Positions 63,215 to 64,000 of a stretch of 64,000 bases of DNA are shown here, piece by piece. Source of the DNA: Candidatus Acetothermia bacterium (GTDB lineage: Bacteria > Bipolaricaulota > Bipolaricaulia > RBG-16-55-9). Under the pieces are notes generated by a model. That model was not told where the DNA came from. It saw only the letters and a list, made by a program, of their open reading frames with translations, and ran no database searches. A program made the position numbers and the translations under genes. The stretch is taken from contig JACQCZ010000007.1 in the NCBI GenBank assembly GCA_016201405.1, positions 68,307-132,306 on the forward strand, in the 5' to 3' direction. Numbering within the stretch: the stretch's first letter is position 1; every line of letters starts with the position of its first letter.

Positions 63215-64000
63215 CTATTTGATTAAACCGAATTCTCGGCCAACCTCTTCAAAGACGTTGAGGGCAAAATCAAGCTGTTTGTCCGTATGCGTGGCCATAT
63301 AGCTCGTTCGCAACAAGACGCGATTGTCCGGAACGGCTGGCGGCAAGACGACGTTGACATAGATGCCCTTCTCAAAGATCTTCTTCCAGACAAAGAGACC
63401 CTGATACAAATCGCCAACCACAATCGGAATGACCGGTGATTCAGAGGTTCCGGTATCAAAGCCCAATTTCTTGAGTCCGGTCATCATCTTGCAGGTGTTG
63501 TCCCAAAGCCTCTTTCTCCGGTCTGGCTCACTCTCAATGACGTCAACCGCTGCCAAGACAGAAGCACAAGAGGCCGGAGTCATGCTGGCGCTAAAGATGA
63601 GTGAGCGCGCTTTGTGCTGGATGTAGTCGATCACATACTGCTCACCTGCAACTACGCCGCCCAGCGAGGCAAATGATTTGCTGAATGTGCCCATCACAAG
63701 ATCGACATCCTTCTCCACGCCAAAATGCTCGGCTGTGCCACGTCCATGATCACCCATCACGCCAAGGCCGTGGGCATCATCGACTAGAACTCTGGAGTTG
63801 TATCTCTTGGCAAGCTTCACAATCTCTGGCAGGGGGGCAAGGTCGCCTTCCATGCTGAAGAGCCCGTCAATCGCGATCATCCTGCCCTGATCATCCGGGC
63901 AGGTTTTTAGCACAGCTTCGAGGTCTATGGTGTCGTTGTGGCGGAAGCGCTTCATCTTGCCATAGGAGAGGCGCGCTCCATCCAGAATGCTGGCGTGGTT
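63215..64000 (-). CDS. PLP-dependent alpha-oxoamine synthase family protein (BioF/Kbl/serine palmitoyltransferase-like), 5'-partial at window edge
   Basis: DDAHGLGVMG and GTFSKSFASLGG (PLP lysine). The frame stays open to base 64000 (NHASILDGARLSYGK precedes the first in-window Met). Confidence 0.8.
   Translation of the reverse strand, partial: NHASILDGARLSYGKMKRFRHNDTIDLEAVLKTCPDDQGRMIAIDGLFSMEGDLAPLPEIVKLAKRYNSRVLVDDAHGLGVMGDHGRGTAEHFGVEKDVDLVMGTFSKSFASLGGVVAGEQYVIDYIQHKARSLIFSASMTPASCASVLAAVDVIESEPDRRKRLWDNTCKMMTGLKKLGFDTGTSESPVIPIVVGDLYQGLFVWKKIFEKGIYVNVVLPPAVPDNRVLLRTSYMATHTDKQLDFALNVFEEVGREFGLIK

Overview
Bacterial chromosomal window with roughly balanced G+C by eye and dense coding on both strands. 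I saw no rRNA, CRISPR array, transposase, integrase or phage genes. Content is mostly housekeeping. It includes the end of the alpha operon (rpoA, 5'-partial, and rplQ) followed by two ABC ATPase/permease pairs. A tightly packed minus-strand block runs DUF502-accD-accA-Crp/Fnr-DOMON-proline dehydrogenase. Other genes are an archaeal-type nicotinate phosphoribosyltransferase, dut, a MarR-MFS efflux pair, eight tRNA genes (five clustered), HtrA, a class II (B12) ribonucleotide reductase, gatB, a sufCBD-sufU-Rieske-sufS operon, trpDCBA, asnS, rpsF-ssb-rpsR, a KimA-like permease, secreted metalloproteases, an MrfB/MrfA-like exonuclease-helicase pair, natAB, and a 5'-partial alpha-oxoamine synthase at the right edge. 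I did not find a convincing multi-gene novel system. The observations most worth a second look are: (1) an unusual trp leader with two terminator-like hairpins and two Trp-codon-rich mini-ORFs, one running out of frame into trpD; (2) an AT-rich single-gene insertion after sufS encoding a DUF3883/NOV_C-type PD-(D/E)xK protein; (3) two divergent signal-peptide plus C-terminal-anchor coiled-coil proteins flanking an 851-bp intergenic region that holds a hairpin-rich, stop-poor segment and an SD-sequestering helix; (4) rpsF apparently starting at CTG; (5) a thioredoxin-reductase-like protein lacking the NADPH domain and CxxC; (6) a probable frameshift in the MarR gene. All product calls come from motif recognition in the translated ORFs; no database search was possible.
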